Positions 47,803-57,211 of a stretch of DNA of 64,000 nucleotides are shown here, one piece after another (position 1 is the stretch's first letter; each line of letters starts with the position of its first letter). The DNA is from Alphaproteobacteria bacterium (GTDB lineage Bacteria > Pseudomonadota > Alphaproteobacteria > SP197). Under the pieces are notes generated by a model. It saw only the letters and a list, made by a program, of their open reading frames with translations. It did not search any database and was not told the DNA's origin. The stretch lies in the NCBI GenBank assembly GCA_964291265.2, contig OZ219747.1:32001-96000 (forward strand), written 5' to 3'. Both the position numbers and the translations under genes were made by a program.

Positions 47803-48429
47803 TCAGTAGAGCCTGTTCCGTTCGGCGCTCTTCATGGAGGCATCGGCCTCGCTCGCCGTCACCCCGAGTCTCGCCTGGGCAACGATCGCCTCACCGAAAC
47901 TGGACATGCCGGAGGTATCGGGCCATGCCTCGGGCCTCCACAGGTTCGAGCGCACCATGCACTTCGTGCAATGGAAGAAGGCGCGTTCGACATGGACGAC
48001 CATGACAAGACGGGGCACCTTGCCCCGTTCGATCAGGGAGCGGCGCAGGGCCTCGTCGGCCACGATCTCGGCGCGACCGGCCACCCTCAGCGTGTCCTTG
48101 CGTCCAGGGACCAGGAAAACGAGGGCCACCCCGGGATTCTCGAGCACGTTGAGAAACGTATCCATACGGGCGTTGCCCGGTCGGTCGGGAATGGCGAGGG
48201 TCGTGCGATCAATGACCCTCACGAACCCTGCGGGATCACCTTTCGGCGAGACATCGACGTCGCGCGTGCCGCCTCCCGAGCCGATGACGATGAACGGCGC
48301 GTGACGGATGAAATCGGTGCAGTAGGCGTCGAGGTGATCGATCACCTTGGTGACCGCAGCCGGATGGATCTCGCCGACGATGTCCCGCAGTTCATCCGAC
48401 GTCGTCACGACCTCGCTGAAACGTCTCAT
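47803..48429 (-). CDS. Pyridoxamine 5'-phosphate oxidase family FMN-binding protein (MSMEG_1061-like)
   Basis: DVSPKGDPAGFV, IPDRPGNARMD, LRVAGRA, FFHCTKCMVRSNLW. Confidence 0.9.
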   Translation of the reverse strand: MRRFSEVVTTSDELRDIVGEIHPAAVTKVIDHLDAYCTDFIRHAPFIVIGSGGGTRDVDVSPKGDPAGFVRVIDRTTLAIPDRPGNARMDTFLNVLENPGVALVFLVPGRKDTLRVAGRAEIVADEALRRSLIERGKVPRLVMVVHVERAFFHCTKCMVRSNLWRPEAWPDTSGMSSFGEAIVAQARLGVTASEADASMKSAERNRLY

Positions 48430-48639
48430 CGTTCCTCACTCCCTGATCGAGGCGATGCATCCGGACAATAAGGGGGGATCCGCTCCCCGACAATCCTGCG
48501 CCACGGCCTTGTCAGTTTCGACAGCTCAGCCAGTGCACGAGTTCCGGCAGACAGGGGCGTCAGGTCCCTGCAGAACGATTCGCCAGGGAATGGCGACCCC
48601 TGGCGCGGCTCTCCTCGGGGCCGTGCTGGCTGCAAGGAA

Positions 48640-49070
48640 ACGCTCGGACCTTACGGTCCGAGTTGTTCGAACGTCCGAAGCGGCAGGTAGGGCGCATGGG
48701 CTGCGACGGGAAGGGCACGAAGCCGTACTGTTCATGAAGGGCGCTCGCGTGGTCCGGCCACCACGGCATGGACGCCGATCGTGCCCCCCGCACGGACACG
48801 CATCCATCGGCTGAGACCTTGCCGAAACCACTGCCCAGCGAAGATCGACGGCCAGTCGACCGGTGACAGCCGCCGCCACGGGACATTGAGGCAGACGCGG
48901 CACAGCAGGCTCGGCGCCGTGACCCGTCGCGCCGGGCCCTGTGCCCGCTCCTTCTCTCGGGATTGCAGAGCGCGACATCCATCGAGGGCCTGCTCCGGAT
49001 CTGCCGCAAGCATGTCGAAGCCGGAAGACCGTCCGCTCGCAGCGCGATACCGTGATATCGGTCGACAATG
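48640..49070 (-). pseudogene. GNAT acetyltransferase (toxin-like) remnant
   Basis: Fragments across frames: PRLPQCPVAAAVTGRLAVDLRWA; VHAVV; HEQYGFVPFPSQPMR. Confidence 0.55.
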
Positions 49071-49191
49071 CAGCCCTTCGCTCCGGAGTTCAGCAGCTTA
49101 ACCTGCGCCACGCGGTGGAGCATTGTCCGGATCGTACACGGGCTTCGGCCTTGCCGGCATCGCCATGGAGAAGCGCCACGCGGCATGAGCG

Positions 49192-49878
49192 TCACGAGCG
49201 CAGCCAGATTGGATCCTTGACGTGTTCCAGGAGGAAGGCCTCGTGTCGAGCGATCTCTTCCGCCGTGGGCTCGTGGGGGCGCGGAGGGCGAAATGCGCGG
49301 GGGGAATCGCCGGATGACGCGGTGAGGAGGGAAGCCTCGGGAGTGGCGAGGTCGAGGACCGACTGGCGGCCGCCCACCAGCTCGAGATAGACCTCGGCCA
49401 GCAGTCGCGCGTCGACAAGGGCGCCGTGAGCCTCCTGGCGGGTCGAGGCGTCGATGCGAAAGCGCCTTGTCAGGGCATCGAGACTGTTCTGTTCGCCGGG
49501 ATACGTCCGCCGCGCCAGGGCCAGGGTGTCGATGACGCGCCCGGAGTCGATCGGACCCCGACCGCATCGCTCGAGTTCGCTGTTGAGAAACCCCAGATCG
49601 AACTCGGCGTTGTGGATGACTAGGGAGCTCTCTGCCAGAAACTCCAGGAACTCCTCCGCCTTGTCCCGGAACGTGGGCTGTTCGACCAGGAAGGCAGCCG
49701 TCAATCCGTGAACGGCGAGAGCCGCTTCCTCGCTGTCGCGTCCGGGATTGAGATAGGTGCTCCAGGAACGTCCCGTGGGAACGTGGTTCATGAGTTCGAC
49801 GCAACCGATCTCGACAACGCGATGACCGGCAGCGTGATCGAGTCCCGTGGTTTCGGTGTCGAGGACGACTTCACGCAT
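49192..49878 (-). CDS. dnaQ: DNA polymerase III epsilon subunit
   Basis: MREVVLDTETTG, HNAEFD, HGALVDA, GGRQ, C-terminal EEIARHEAFL...IW tail. Confidence 0.95.
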   Translation of the reverse strand: MREVVLDTETTGLDHAAGHRVVEIGCVELMNHVPTGRSWSTYLNPGRDSEEAALAVHGLTAAFLVEQPTFRDKAEEFLEFLAESSLVIHNAEFDLGFLNSELERCGRGPIDSGRVIDTLALARRTYPGEQNSLDALTRRFRIDASTRQEAHGALVDARLLAEVYLELVGGRQSVLDLATPEASLLTASSGDSPRAFRPPRPHEPTAEEIARHEAFLLEHVKDPIWLRS

Positions 49879-50395
49879 GGTCTTCCCTGTGCTTGAGGAG
49901 TGCGATGTAAACGGCGGCCAGCAACCTGGCGTCGGACAGTGCGCGATGGGTGCGCCCGGGAACGATCTCGATGCCGAGGCGCCGTGCCAGGGCGCCAAGA
50001 TCGTTGGCCCTTCCAGGAAAGATGCTGCGCGCCATGCTGAGCGTGTCGACGGCCCTGGAGCCGCGGATCGGCTCCATGCCCTCCAGGACCAGTTCGTTGT
50101 TGAGGAAGGCGAGATCGAACGCCGCATTGTGCATGACAAGGCGGCTCGAGGCGAGAAACCCCATCAGGTCCCTCGCCCTTTCCCTGAACAGGGGCTGTTT
50201 TCTGAGGAAGGCGTCGGGCAGACGGTGAATGTCGAAGGCTTCCGCATGGTTGCAGCGCCGGGGATTGAGAAAGGTGTTCCACGTGCGCCCGGTCATCACG
50301 CGGTCCACGAGTTCGACGCAGCCGATCTCGACAAGCCTGTGACCTTCCATGATGTCAAGGCCGGTGGTTTCCGTATCGAGAACGATCTCGCGCAT
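49871..50395 (-). CDS. Second DnaQ-like DEDDh exonuclease lacking the C-terminal tail
   Basis: MREIVLDTETTG, HNAAFD, HRALSDA; 174 aa; overlaps the dnaQ start. Confidence 0.85.
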   Translation of the reverse strand: MREIVLDTETTGLDIMEGHRLVEIGCVELVDRVMTGRTWNTFLNPRRCNHAEAFDIHRLPDAFLRKQPLFRERARDLMGFLASSRLVMHNAAFDLAFLNNELVLEGMEPIRGSRAVDTLSMARSIFPGRANDLGALARRLGIEIVPGRTHRALSDARLLAAVYIALLKHREDHA

Positions 50396-50466
50396 GACGA
50401 TCGAGGGGCCAGAGACCATCATCGTATCCCCTCGACACCGGGAAATCGACACGCCTGGGACCCCGT

Positions 50467-50676
50467 TCATCAACAGGCACGTGTGAACCGGCTTCCATGG
50501 TGGCCAGACTCTCCCCTGACGGACCGGGAGATGGCGCTTGAGGACTCATGACGCAGGCCCGGGCATGGCCGCCGGTCATCACGACATGATGAGCCCGGCG
50601 CAGCTCATCCCGGTCCGGCATCCGGCTGCGGCTCAACTCTCCCCATGCCGATCGAACCTGTCGGACCGAGCACATC
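50467..50676 (-). pseudogene. Degenerate, internally deleted copy of coaE plus its downstream flank
   Basis: Matches ~51918-52092 (coaE 3' end) fused to ~52532-52563 (coaE 5' end, CCCATGCCGATCGAACCTGTC). Confidence 0.85.
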
Positions 50677-50803
50677 CATGCAGCTAAGGGTTCAGGGAAT
50701 CCGATCCCATGCAGTCACGGGATGAACGGGGCCGCCACCCCATTTGCCCGTACGCAATCTCCAAATTTAATCCGTACGCCCGCCATTCAATGAGCCGAAC
50801 CTC

Positions 50804-51369
50804 GTGTCCGCAGCCATCGCGGCGTTGAGTCGGGCCGCTGCGATGGGCTTGCCGCCGCGGCAAATCACGTGCCTCGACGACTCCGCCATGCGGGAGCTCA
50901 AGAACGGCCTGGCCGAGGCAGGCATTGGCCGAACGCTGCTCGCAGGTCTGCATGCCCGGTTGCACTTCGATCCGGTTCGGTTTTCGGCACTGCTGAAGCA
51001 GATCAGCGAGGCACTGGACCAATCGCGGCACCCGCGCACGAGTGGCGCGCCCTCCAGGATGTCCTGGGACTGGACTTGCTCACCCGTCTCTTGGTCGTCT
51101 CGCATTCCAGTACACGACGCTACCTGTCGGGTAGCCGCGACACGCCTGATCCGATCGCCGGACGACTGCATTTTGTTGCCCTTGTCGTTGGCGACCTTGC
51201 AGGGGCCTACAACAATATCGGGATTCGGCGCTGGTTCGACCGCGAGCGCCGCCGGCTCGACGGCCATACGCCCGCACAGGCACTCGGTGAGAGCTGGTCG
51301 CCCGATGACGACGGGCCAAGCCGGGTCCGGGAACTCTCCCGCGCACTGGCGTCGTCGCCAGTCACATGA
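50804..51369 (+). pseudogene. Xre/MbcA/ParS-like antitoxin, one frameshift near 51025
   Basis: ...ISEALDQS switches frame to APAHEWRALQDVLG...RRYLSG...GIRRWFDRERRRLDGHTPAQAL; ATGA overlap with RES gene. Confidence 0.7.
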
Positions 51370-51884
51370 TCGTATTCCGACACACGGATCCTCGTTTTCC
51401 CTTCTTGCGCGAAGATTCTTCGCAGCCCGCTGGTCGATGGAATGCTGCAAACGAGCTGACCCATTGCTTCTGCGATACACCTGATGGCGCGTGGGCAGAG
51501 TTCCTGCGCCACGAAGAGATCCACGATCCACAGGATGTCCTCACCATTCGCCGCGCACTCCGGGCCGTGGAGATCGGTGAGCCGTCGACGCTGCAGCCTG
51601 ACCTTCCTCGTGACATTCTGACCGGAGGCCCGGAGAGTTGGCACGCGTGCAGGCAGTTCGCTCAATCGTATCGGAACAAGATCACTGGCGTCGTCGCGCC
51701 TTCGGCCGCTCTGCACCGGGACGGAGCCCGCGGCTGGCGCGTTGATGGCGGTGTCAAGCGCGGTCCCGTTCGCCACGGCCTGGTCTTTGCACTGTTCGGT
51801 CCCCGGCCCGATCTGGTCGGTTGGGCGGAGACCATCGAAGGTCGGCCAAGCGACGACCTGCTTGCCGTTGTACGCCACTTCTGA
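51366..51884 (+). CDS. RES-domain toxin-like protein
   Basis: AGRWN, WAEFLRH, GVVAPSAAL (R, E, S residues). Confidence 0.8.
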   Translation: MIVFRHTDPRFPFLREDSSQPAGRWNAANELTHCFCDTPDGAWAEFLRHEEIHDPQDVLTIRRALRAVEIGEPSTLQPDLPRDILTGGPESWHACRQFAQSYRNKITGVVAPSAALHRDGARGWRVDGGVKRGPVRHGLVFALFGPRPDLVGWAETIEGRPSDDLLAVVRHF

Positions 51885-51945
51885 TTGCCCGGACGCATCG
51901 AAGTCTTCGGCACCCGCTCATCAACAGACACGGTCGAACCGGATC

Positions 51946-52569
51946 CTATGGTGGCCAGATTCTCCCCTGGCGGACCGAGAGGTCGCGCCACAGGCTGATC
52001 ACGCGGGCCAGGGTATGACCCTTGGCGAGGCCGGTCATCACGACATGGTCCGCCCGGCGCAGCTTTTCCCGGTCCGGCATCTGGCGGCAGCGGATGTCCT
52101 CGAGGATCGTCCGGGTCATGCCGGGACGACGCAGCACCCGAGCGGCCTGGATGAACGGCGGCGCATGGACCACGCAGGTGGCATCGACGCGCGATTCGCC
52201 GCCAGTCTCGAAGAGCAGCGGCACGTCGAACACCACGAGGCGCCGGCCGACCCGGGTGGCTCGCCTCAGGAAGCGGGCCTGATCCCGGCGCACCAGGGGA
52301 TGGACCAGCGCTTCAAGGCGAGCGAGCGCCCCGCCATCTCCGATGACACGGACGCCAAGACGCTGGCGGTCGATGCGGGCTCGCCGTCCCTCACCGGTCA
52401 CCACACCGGGAAAGGCGCTGCCCACAGGCTCGACAGCGGCGCCGCCTGGACCGTAGAGCCTGTGCACGCACAGATCGGCATCGTGAATGAGGGCGCCACA
52501 ACGGGCGAACATGGCGGCAACGGCAGACTTTCCCATGCCGATCGAACCTGTCAGGCCGAGCACGAACAC
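51946..52569 (-). CDS. coaE: Dephospho-CoA kinase
   Basis: VLGLTGSIGMGKS, IDRQRLG, LEALVHPLV, DVPLLFE, QMPDREKLRRAD. Confidence 0.95.
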   Translation of the reverse strand: MFVLGLTGSIGMGKSAVAAMFARCGALIHDADLCVHRLYGPGGAAVEPVGSAFPGVVTGEGRRARIDRQRLGVRVIGDGGALARLEALVHPLVRRDQARFLRRATRVGRRLVVFDVPLLFETGGESRVDATCVVHAPPFIQAARVLRRPGMTRTILEDIRCRQMPDREKLRRADHVVMTGLAKGHTLARVISLWRDLSVRQGRIWPP

Positions 52570-52695
52570 CGTTCCACGCGCCTCCGGTGCCAAGCACCTG
52601 TCATTGCGCCCTGTTGTCTCTCTCGACTCTGCCAATGCAGGAGAATTCTCAAGTGGATTCCTCCGTGTCTGCAACGCAACGGCGAGGGAGACTCC

Positions 52696-52830
52696 ATGGC
52701 TGCAACACAACTCTCCCGGAGTCGCATCAAGGCCCTTCGGCCTCGCAAGACTGCCATGACATCCAGGATGCCAGTATCAGAGGCTTCGGCGTTCGTGTCC
52801 ACCCAACCGGGTGCGAGTGCTGCACCACCC
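52696..52830 (+). pseudogene. Integrase arm-binding domain N-terminal remnant
   Basis: MAATQLSRSRIKALRPRKTA, frameshift, HDIQDASIRGFGVRVHPTG; GGAG RBS. Confidence 0.6.
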
Positions 52831-53431
52831 ATGAGATGGCGCTGCTGCGCTCCCGGATGACCAGGGAGCGGCCCGTGCGGCCATCGCCCGCGAGCTCAGC
52901 TGGCGCAAGCCCGACGGGAGTTTCCCACGTCCAAACAGTCATGAACGTCGGCGTGCCTGCTCACTCACCCCGCGCCATGAAACGCGAGCCCGTCGTGGCC
53001 GTTGGACGAGTGCGTTGATCCGGCGTGTTGGTGCACGATGATGCGAGCAGGTGGAGGTGGGTGAGGAGGACGCTTGCATTGCTGCGCCATCGAGCCCGTT
53101 TCCAAACTGTGCCCGACCAGCGGCACCGCACCCCGCGATGGATCCGGCCTGGCCGAGGACGAACAGCAGGATGGAGCACGAGCCTCCTGGGGTTCGCGAC
53201 CCCGCTGTCCGCGCGTTTGCCTCCACCTGCCCCACAACCGGGGGAAGCCTGATACAGAGTGTTGATACCCTCAAGGTGAACCAACGGGAGTGCGGCTTGA
53301 AAGGAGCACACGCCTATCCCTGACACCTGGGTGGCCTCAGCCCAAGCCATGGTACCCACCACATGTGGTGTTGTGTGCCTAAAGGAATGCCATGATTCGT
53401 GATCATACGCGACTTAAGGAACAAACTCTGA

Positions 53432-53461
53432 GAGCCCCGCCCGAGGCAGCGGACGGGGCTC
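53432..53461 (-). terminator. Hairpin terminator downstream of the lipoprotein gene
   Basis: GAGCCCCGTCCG-ctgcct-CGGGCGGGGCTC on minus strand, 13 nt after the stop, weak T tail. Confidence 0.6.
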
Positions 53462-53474
53462 CCTGATTCTACAT

Positions 53475-54941
53475 TTACCGTTGCAACTCGGCTCCGAAGC
53501 CCGCAGCCAGATCGGTGCGGCGCAACGTGCCACCCACGTTGTCGTGGTTCTGTCCGTAGAAGACTCCCGTGATTTTCCCCGCATCGCCGCCAGTCTCGTA
53601 GAACACGTTCTCGATGACGGCGATATCGTAGTGAAGATCACCGTCGCCCCAGGTCGAGCCGGTTCCGATCTCGCCCACCTGCTGGCCCGCTCCCCACATC
53701 TCCATAGCCGTGAACGCAAGGGCCCCGGTAAGGCTTTGCAGTTGCACCGTCATGCCCACGTCACCGGAGACGGCTTGCGACCCTGGCGTCAAGCCGAGCA
53801 TCCGGCCAGCCCAGCTTGCCGATCCGAGTTGCTGCCTCATGGGTGGCGAAGGATTGATCGCCGACGCCCATGGACGCACGAGACCATTGCGCTCGACAGC
53901 TCCATACAGGACGGCCTCCTGGCGTCCGGGAACGCGACCGATGCGTCCGACGATATGGTTCGACACGTCGCTCCAAGGCCCCAGCGCCGTGTAGATGTCG
54001 GCAGATCGGGTTCCCGGAGTGAGCCTGCCATGAATGGCAAGCAATGCGTCAGTGTCCAACCTGTAGAGAACCAGATGATCATCGCCTTCGTCGAGGACGG
54101 GGCGCATGACCGTTTCCGGAAACTGTGAGGCCGACACATGGCCTCGCCCCAGCGTGTGAAGCACCTCGTGGAGGATCACATACACGTTCGCGCGTTCTGT
54201 CGAGATCGCAGTATAGTCGATGAACACCACGCCCGAGCGGATCGTGCCATCGTCGTTTCTGGCCCAGCTGGCAATACCCAGAGCGTCCCGCGAGCGAATG
54301 TTGGCTGGCCAGTTGCGCTGAGGCTCGAAGGCGACAACGATCTCGCCTGGCCTGCGCCCGACGCTGGCCGAAGTCCGCTGATCGGAAAACCGGATTTGCC
54401 AGTTGGGTGGAAGCGCGCTGTTCAGAAGTCGTATCGCGTTCTTGGTATCCTGCTCGTCGAGGGCAGACGTGCCGTGGGCAAGCCTGACGGTAGGCGGGCT
54501 TCGCCATCGTTCCACATAATCTCGGTTGTGATCGGCGGCATCGGCGCGCAAGTAGGAGACCAGTTGGTTCCTGCTCACGCCATCACGCAACCGGACTTGC
54601 CATGCTTCTGCCCGAGGCGAGTCCTGACGGCTGGATGAGATCAGGGCAGGGTTCCCATCAAGGTGCTGCCAAAGAGCGGTGATATCGACACCGCCGACGA
54701 AGCCCACCGCGCCGGTCGGGTCTGTGTTCAGCGGTTCATGGCTGACACCAAAGCCCCCCGACGAGAGCGGAGTGCCGGTTGCAGAACTGTAATCCGAGAC
54801 CGTGACGGGCGGGGTAGGGGTGGTGGTCGGAGGGGTGCGCCCCGTAGCGGCACTCATGCCTCCGCCCCCGCCTCCGCAGGAGGCAAGCAACAGGAGGAGG
54901 CCCGTGGCGGTCACCAAGGCCGCAATGATCCGGAATATCAT
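53475..54941 (-). CDS. Lipoprotein with metzincin-type Zn-protease motif and probable C-terminal beta-barrel
   Basis: Lipobox LLASC followed by Gly/Pro/Thr linker; HEVLHTLGRGH and TVM Met-turn; GVFYGQNHDNVGG...AAGFGA end. Confidence 0.8.
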   Translation of the reverse strand: MIFRIIAALVTATGLLLLLASCGGGGGGMSAATGRTPPTTTPTPPVTVSDYSSATGTPLSSGGFGVSHEPLNTDPTGAVGFVGGVDITALWQHLDGNPALISSSRQDSPRAEAWQVRLRDGVSRNQLVSYLRADAADHNRDYVERWRSPPTVRLAHGTSALDEQDTKNAIRLLNSALPPNWQIRFSDQRTSASVGRRPGEIVVAFEPQRNWPANIRSRDALGIASWARNDDGTIRSGVVFIDYTAISTERANVYVILHEVLHTLGRGHVSASQFPETVMRPVLDEGDDHLVLYRLDTDALLAIHGRLTPGTRSADIYTALGPWSDVSNHIVGRIGRVPGRQEAVLYGAVERNGLVRPWASAINPSPPMRQQLGSASWAGRMLGLTPGSQAVSGDVGMTVQLQSLTGALAFTAMEMWGAGQQVGEIGTGSTWGDGDLHYDIAVIENVFYETGGDAGKITGVFYGQNHDNVGGTLRRTDLAAGFGAELQR

Positions 54942-55037
54942 GAGACTTTCTCCGTTCACCAGCCCGACTGGTGACGCCGGGGCCACGCTATCCGCTCACC
55001 TGTTCATGAGCAAGGAACAGATGGGAACAGGGCGAAC

Positions 55038-55590
55038 ATGAGGGGAGCTTTCCAAGGGGGACATCCGGCAGCTCTTCGACCGGCTGAATGCCGCACTCGC
55101 ACGCACCGGCATCGTCGGAGAGGTCTATCTGGTGGGCGGCGCGGTCATGTGCCTCGTCCTTGGTGCGCGTCCGACGACGAAGGATGTGGGCGCCTTCCTT
55201 CACCCGGCAAGTGAGGTGAGGGAGGCGGCCCGGCGCATCGACGTCGGAACCGACTGGCTCAACGACACCGTCACGGGATACTTGAGCGAACGGGGAGAAT
55301 TCCACGCTTGCCCGGATTTGCCGCACCTGAGGGTCCTCACGGCTGCTCCGGAGCACCTTCCGGCCATGAAGTGCATGGCCATGCGCATGGGAAGCGAATT
55401 CCACGACATCGACGATGCGCGCTCTCTCCTGCGTTGCCTCAACCTCACGGAGCTCGATGCCGCACCTGACATCATCAGCCGCCACGACCCCGACGAACGG
55501 ATACCGCAGAAGACGATTCACGTGCTCGGGGACATGTTCGCCATGGACACACCCGAGCACCGGAACCGGGCGGAGGGGCCCTCACGCTGA
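55038..55590 (+). pseudogene. Nucleotidyltransferase (DUF6036-like), 5' frameshift
   Basis: ATG 55038 out of frame with LSKGDIRQLF...YLVGGAVM...RPTTKDVGA...WLND...MKCMAMR. Confidence 0.65.
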
Positions 55591-55742
55591 CCGGTGCCCT
55601 CGCGAGCCTGGACTGTCGAGCGACCCCACGGCGTCGCCTGCACCGGCCGGGAAGGCGACAGCCCTCCCGTCGGATCCGGATGATCGCAGATATCGTGGCC
55701 TTGGAGAGGAAGGCTCCGCAAGGTCCCATGGGAGCGGCCGCA

Positions 55743-56582
55743 TCACAGTCCCCGTGACACCACGGAGCGCAGTTCATCCGTCACGGGTGGATCGACGCCG
55801 AACCATGCGGCAAATCCCGGCCGCGCCTGGTGGAGCAGCATGCCGAGGCCATCGACCGCGACGTGTCCGCGCTGCCGGGCGCGGCGCAGGAGGTCCGTGA
55901 CGAGCGGCACATAGACGAGATCGCAGACCACCGCCTCGCCATCCAGGCAGTCCAACGCGAAATCAAGCGCCGGCTGTCCGGTCATGCCGAGCTGGGTGGT
56001 GTTGACCACCAGGCCAGCGCCGTCGGCAGCCGCGGCCCGTTCCTCCCAGGGCACGGCCGTGACCTTTGGCCCGAACCGTTCGCCGAGCGCCGTGGCGCGC
56101 TCGAGGGTCCGGTTGGCGACACGCACGTCCCGGGCGCCTGCATCGAGGAGGGCGACGACGACGGCGCGAGCCGACCCGCCGGCCCCCAGCACCAGGACCG
56201 GCCGGTCTGCCCGCCACCCGGGTGCCTGGCTTCCGAGGTTCTCGAGGAACCCGAAGGCATCCGTGTTGGTCGCCGCGAGGGCGCCGTCATCGTCGACGAC
56301 GATCGTGTTGGCGGCACCGATCCGCCAGGCAAGTTCGTCGACGCTGTCGGCGAGCGCCATGGCCTTCTCCTTGTGCGGCAAGGTCACGTTGCATCCCCTG
56401 AAGCCGAGAAACGGCAAGGCCCGGAAGGCGGCCTCGAAACGTTGCGGCGGCACGGCAAGGGGCACGTAGGCGCCGTCGATACCGCAGGTCTCGAGCCAAT
56501 GGCCATGCAGGAGCGGGGATCGTGAATGGGACACCGGCCAGCCCATGACACCGGCGACACGCGCGCTTCCGCTCAGTCCCAC
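55743..56582 (-). CDS. aroE: Shikimate dehydrogenase
   Basis: GWPVSHSRSP, NVTLPHKE, NTDAFGF, GAGGSAR, DGLGMLLHQA. Confidence 0.96.
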   Translation of the reverse strand: MGLSGSARVAGVMGWPVSHSRSPLLHGHWLETCGIDGAYVPLAVPPQRFEAAFRALPFLGFRGCNVTLPHKEKAMALADSVDELAWRIGAANTIVVDDDGALAATNTDAFGFLENLGSQAPGWRADRPVLVLGAGGSARAVVVALLDAGARDVRVANRTLERATALGERFGPKVTAVPWEERAAAADGAGLVVNTTQLGMTGQPALDFALDCLDGEAVVCDLVYVPLVTDLLRRARQRGHVAVDGLGMLLHQARPGFAAWFGVDPPVTDELRSVVSRGL

Positions 56583-57211
56583 GGGTCGAGCGCTCCCCTC
56601 GCGTCAAGTTCGTTGAGAACGGCAAGAAGCGGCAGCCCGATGATGGCATGCCAGTCGCCCTCCATCCGTTCGAACAGCCTGATTCCACGCCCCTCGACCT
56701 GATAGCAGCCCACGCTTGCGAGAATGGACTCTCCGGCAGCGGCGATGTAGGCCGTCAGCGAGTCGTCATCAAGGGATCGCATCGTCAGCATGGAGGTCCT
56801 TGTGTGATGCCAGCTCGGTTCGCCCTCGGCCACCAGCACGGCGGCGGTCACCAGCCTGTGGGTGCGCCCCTGGAGGAACGCGAGATGTCGGCGTGCCTCG
56901 GCCATGTCCGCTGCCTTGTCAAGGCGGCGCCCGTCGCATTCGAGCACCTGGTCCGCTCCGAGAACAAGGGAATCGGGATCGTCCCGGCTGACGGCAAGAG
57001 CCTTCTCGCGCGCCAGGGCCAAGGCCATGTCGGCAAGCGGCGTGGCACGGGCTTCGAGGTCCCGGCGCAGTGCAACCTCGTCAACGGCAGGCGGCACGAC
57101 CCGGAACCGCACGCCTGCATCGTGAAGCAGTTGCCGTCTGCTCGCACTCGCGGAAGCCAGTACGAGAGGCGCCCTCTCAGGTGGCAAGGGTCGGCCGGCG
57201 GTGGTGGACAT
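56573..57211 (-). CDS. maf: Maf family nucleotide pyrophosphatase
   Basis: LVLASASASRRQLL, LGADQV, SVGCYQVEG, IIGLPL. Confidence 0.93.
   Translation of the reverse strand: MSTTAGRPLPPERAPLVLASASASRRQLLHDAGVRFRVVPPAVDEVALRRDLEARATPLADMALALAREKALAVSRDDPDSLVLGADQVLECDGRRLDKAADMAEARRHLAFLQGRTHRLVTAAVLVAEGEPSWHHTRTSMLTMRSLDDDSLTAYIAAAGESILASVGCYQVEGRGIRLFERMEGDWHAIIGLPLLAVLNELDARGALDPWD

Noticed and set aside
52830-53400. Short ORFs between the integrase remnant and the lipoprotein terminator
   Set aside because: No recognizable similarity or consistent coding signal
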